Assembly (NCBI GenBank): GCA_023334545.1
Contig: JAADVB010000069.1
Location: 1 to 64,000, forward strand
DNA: 64,000 nt
Direction of reading: 5' to 3'
Source of the DNA: Salisapilia sapeloensis CBS 127946
Lineage: Eukaryota; Protista; Oomycota
Notes under the pieces: generated by a model
Seen by the model: the letters and a program-made list of their open reading frames with translations, nothing else
The model's database searches: none
Told to the model about the DNA's origin: nothing
Program-made: the position numbers and the translations under genes
Part shown: positions 61,988-64,000 of the stretch, piece after piece
How positions within the stretch are numbered: position 1 is the first letter of the stretch
Layout of the letters: each line of letters starts with the position of its first letter

Positions 61988-64000
61988 TCAAAGTACTCTA
62001 ATAACTCTTTTCCATCAAAATCGACACCTGCCGTCCTTCCAAAGCTCTCGACAAACGCTTTCACGTCCTTCATGACTCTACATTTCCATCAGTATCATCC
62101 ACATACACGAGAATAATAAGCTGTGCATACCTTTCTCGACCTTCTGGTGTCTTTGGCTGGACATTTCGGAAGCAAGGAGGTAGTTTCTGCGTGAACATTT
62201 CAAAGACTCTCGACATGACGTCCTTCATCTCTGTAGGTGGCAAGATTGGATTCAGTACTGAATGGAGCTTGAGCGTGCTATGCGTAATCCCTTTCATCGC
62301 AGCCGTCGGGATTTCCAACGAAGCGTCATCGTAGTCCACTTCCGACACGTTCTCCAAATACCTTCGCATAATCTGGTCTTCCACGATACTCGTGAACTTG
62401 CTAAAGATCTTTTCGTTATGTCCAGCAACTTCTCGCATCACTCGATCCAGTTCCTCCAAAAGGCCTTTCTGACGATCACCAAGATGACTAGATAAAGCTG
62501 CTTTCACATGCGGGACAAGCTCTGCTGTGAGCTCTAGCGACTGAGATGCTAGTCCTAAGTGTCTTGCTGATATACTCTTTAGTCTTGCCACCTGCATCGC
62601 TCCGGCACCAAGGACCAAGTGCGCTGTCTGGTTATTAAAGAGCCGTAGGATCTCGACACTACGCTGCAAGACGTCCGTCGCTAGGACGGAAAAGTTACTG
62701 ACGCAAGATAAATAATTCATGACAATCTCGAGCGTCAAGAGCGCCGACCAGACGACACGGAACGACTTCCCGCCAATATCTACCGTTCGATGCGGCGGAG
62801 TCGTTTCATTTGGAGCGTCTCGATCTTCACTTCGTGTCATTGCAACTCCTCGACCGAGAGACAAGTCTACAAGAGCTTCATGTCGAGCATCAGAGACCTC
62901 ACAACTCTTCCATAACTCGTGGTTTAAGGTAGACGTTAGACGATCGGTCTGTGCGACGTGGTACTTTTCAAAGAAGAGCTTTAGTTGGGAGAAGAGAGCG
63001 CCTCGGAGAGTGTAGTCTGTCTTGTGCGTCAGCTCTTCTGTGCTGACTACGAACGACATGGTCGCGTCATGGAGTTTACGTAACTTTGGTAGAGAATACG
63101 ATGCCTGCACTTCCTTTCGGACACCAAAGAGATTGGCAACACTACGTTGTGCAAACTCACACGTCTTTCGGACTACTTCCTCCATCCCTTTTACTACTTT
63201 TTCACCCTGTGTCTTTCCTTTTGATTCATCCACAGTCTCGAATGTGTTCATCTTGCCCTGCATGTTCGACTGGACGATCGACTGGACTAACAATGCTCTA
63301 CGTAACAGCAAAAGCAAGTGCTCGAAGATCATTTGCACGCACTGCAAGAATTCATCTGCTTTCAGTGCCTTGAGTTGGACAGATACTTTCGAGTCATTAG
63401 GAGGAGAGACAGCGCTGTCACTTGTGAAGGACGGTGTGCCATCCACATGTGCAGACATGGCGATAGTTTCATTCACCACCGTCTTCACCACGACTTTAAT
63501 CTCCTCCATGAGCTTTTCTCTGTACTTTATCACGACGCCATCTAGTGCTTCCAGTCGGAAGAGCACGTCTGTGAGATTATTCAGCTCTTGTACTTGCTCA
63601 TTGTTCTCTACACTAGGAGTTATAGTACGATCTTCCGTCGTGCCGTTTATATCCTCCAACATCCATTCCGAGGATGTAGCAGAGGATAAGAAACGCTGTG
63701 ATATTTGCGTCGAAATGAAGACGCGGTAGTTGTGCAGCTTGTCACCTACTGGCTGCAACGCATGGATGGTACTCAGTTCCTCCTTTAGTGTCGACTGAGC
63801 GTCTTCGATCAGATCTAAGGCGCCGATGTAGTCGGCACACTGGACAAGCGCTTCGACGGAAGATTCTGCATTAATGACACTGTCCATCATTGCTGCAATG
63901 TCGCTGAGCTCTTCTAACCGCTGCTGCTTCCGGTGGAGGCTGACAATATCAAGAGACTTGTTTGCTAGACCATTACGCAAGCGATCCATCGTGGCGCTAA
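61988..64000 (-). CDS. VPS54: GARP complex subunit Vps54, 5' part outside the window
   Basis: ADYIGALDLI, LTSTLNHELW, VVWSALLTL, LVLGAGAMQVARLKSISARHLGLASQSL. A short last exon follows an intron near 62075-62130. Confidence 0.88.

Overview
Gene-dense eukaryotic genomic DNA, most consistent with an oomycete (stramenopile). Support: short GT-AG introns of about 50-70 nt, Inr+FPR-like core promoters, an ankyrin/PH-tailed myosin, a V-type H+-PPase and a CFAP57-like protein. About 28 protein-coding genes are packed head-to-head and tail-to-tail, with stop-to-stop gaps as small as 19-45 bp. Most are housekeeping: SAM carrier, transaldolase, TTL, COG1, COG2, VPS54, IMP4, mitochondrial GluRS, cysteine synthase, UBL5, CCDC25, neurochondrin, SmE and carnitine acyltransferase. 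The main stand-outs are: (1) a phage-type thymine-hypermodification helical domain (aGPT-Pplase1 / 5-hmdU kinase helical family) fused to two Cys4 fingers and a PHD finger; (2) a TKL kinase carrying two ADF-H domains and a ubiquitin-like domain; (3) an intergenic ~290-nt multibranch-foldable segment, a candidate structured ncRNA; (4) an intronless bacterial-type EcxA/DUF4953 metalloprotease with an N-terminal membrane anchor; (5) a CFAP57-like gene lacking almost all WD40 repeats whose 5' end abuts or overlaps a divergent LRR-WW gene. All family assignments come from motif recognition by eye; no database searches were run, and exon boundaries are manual.
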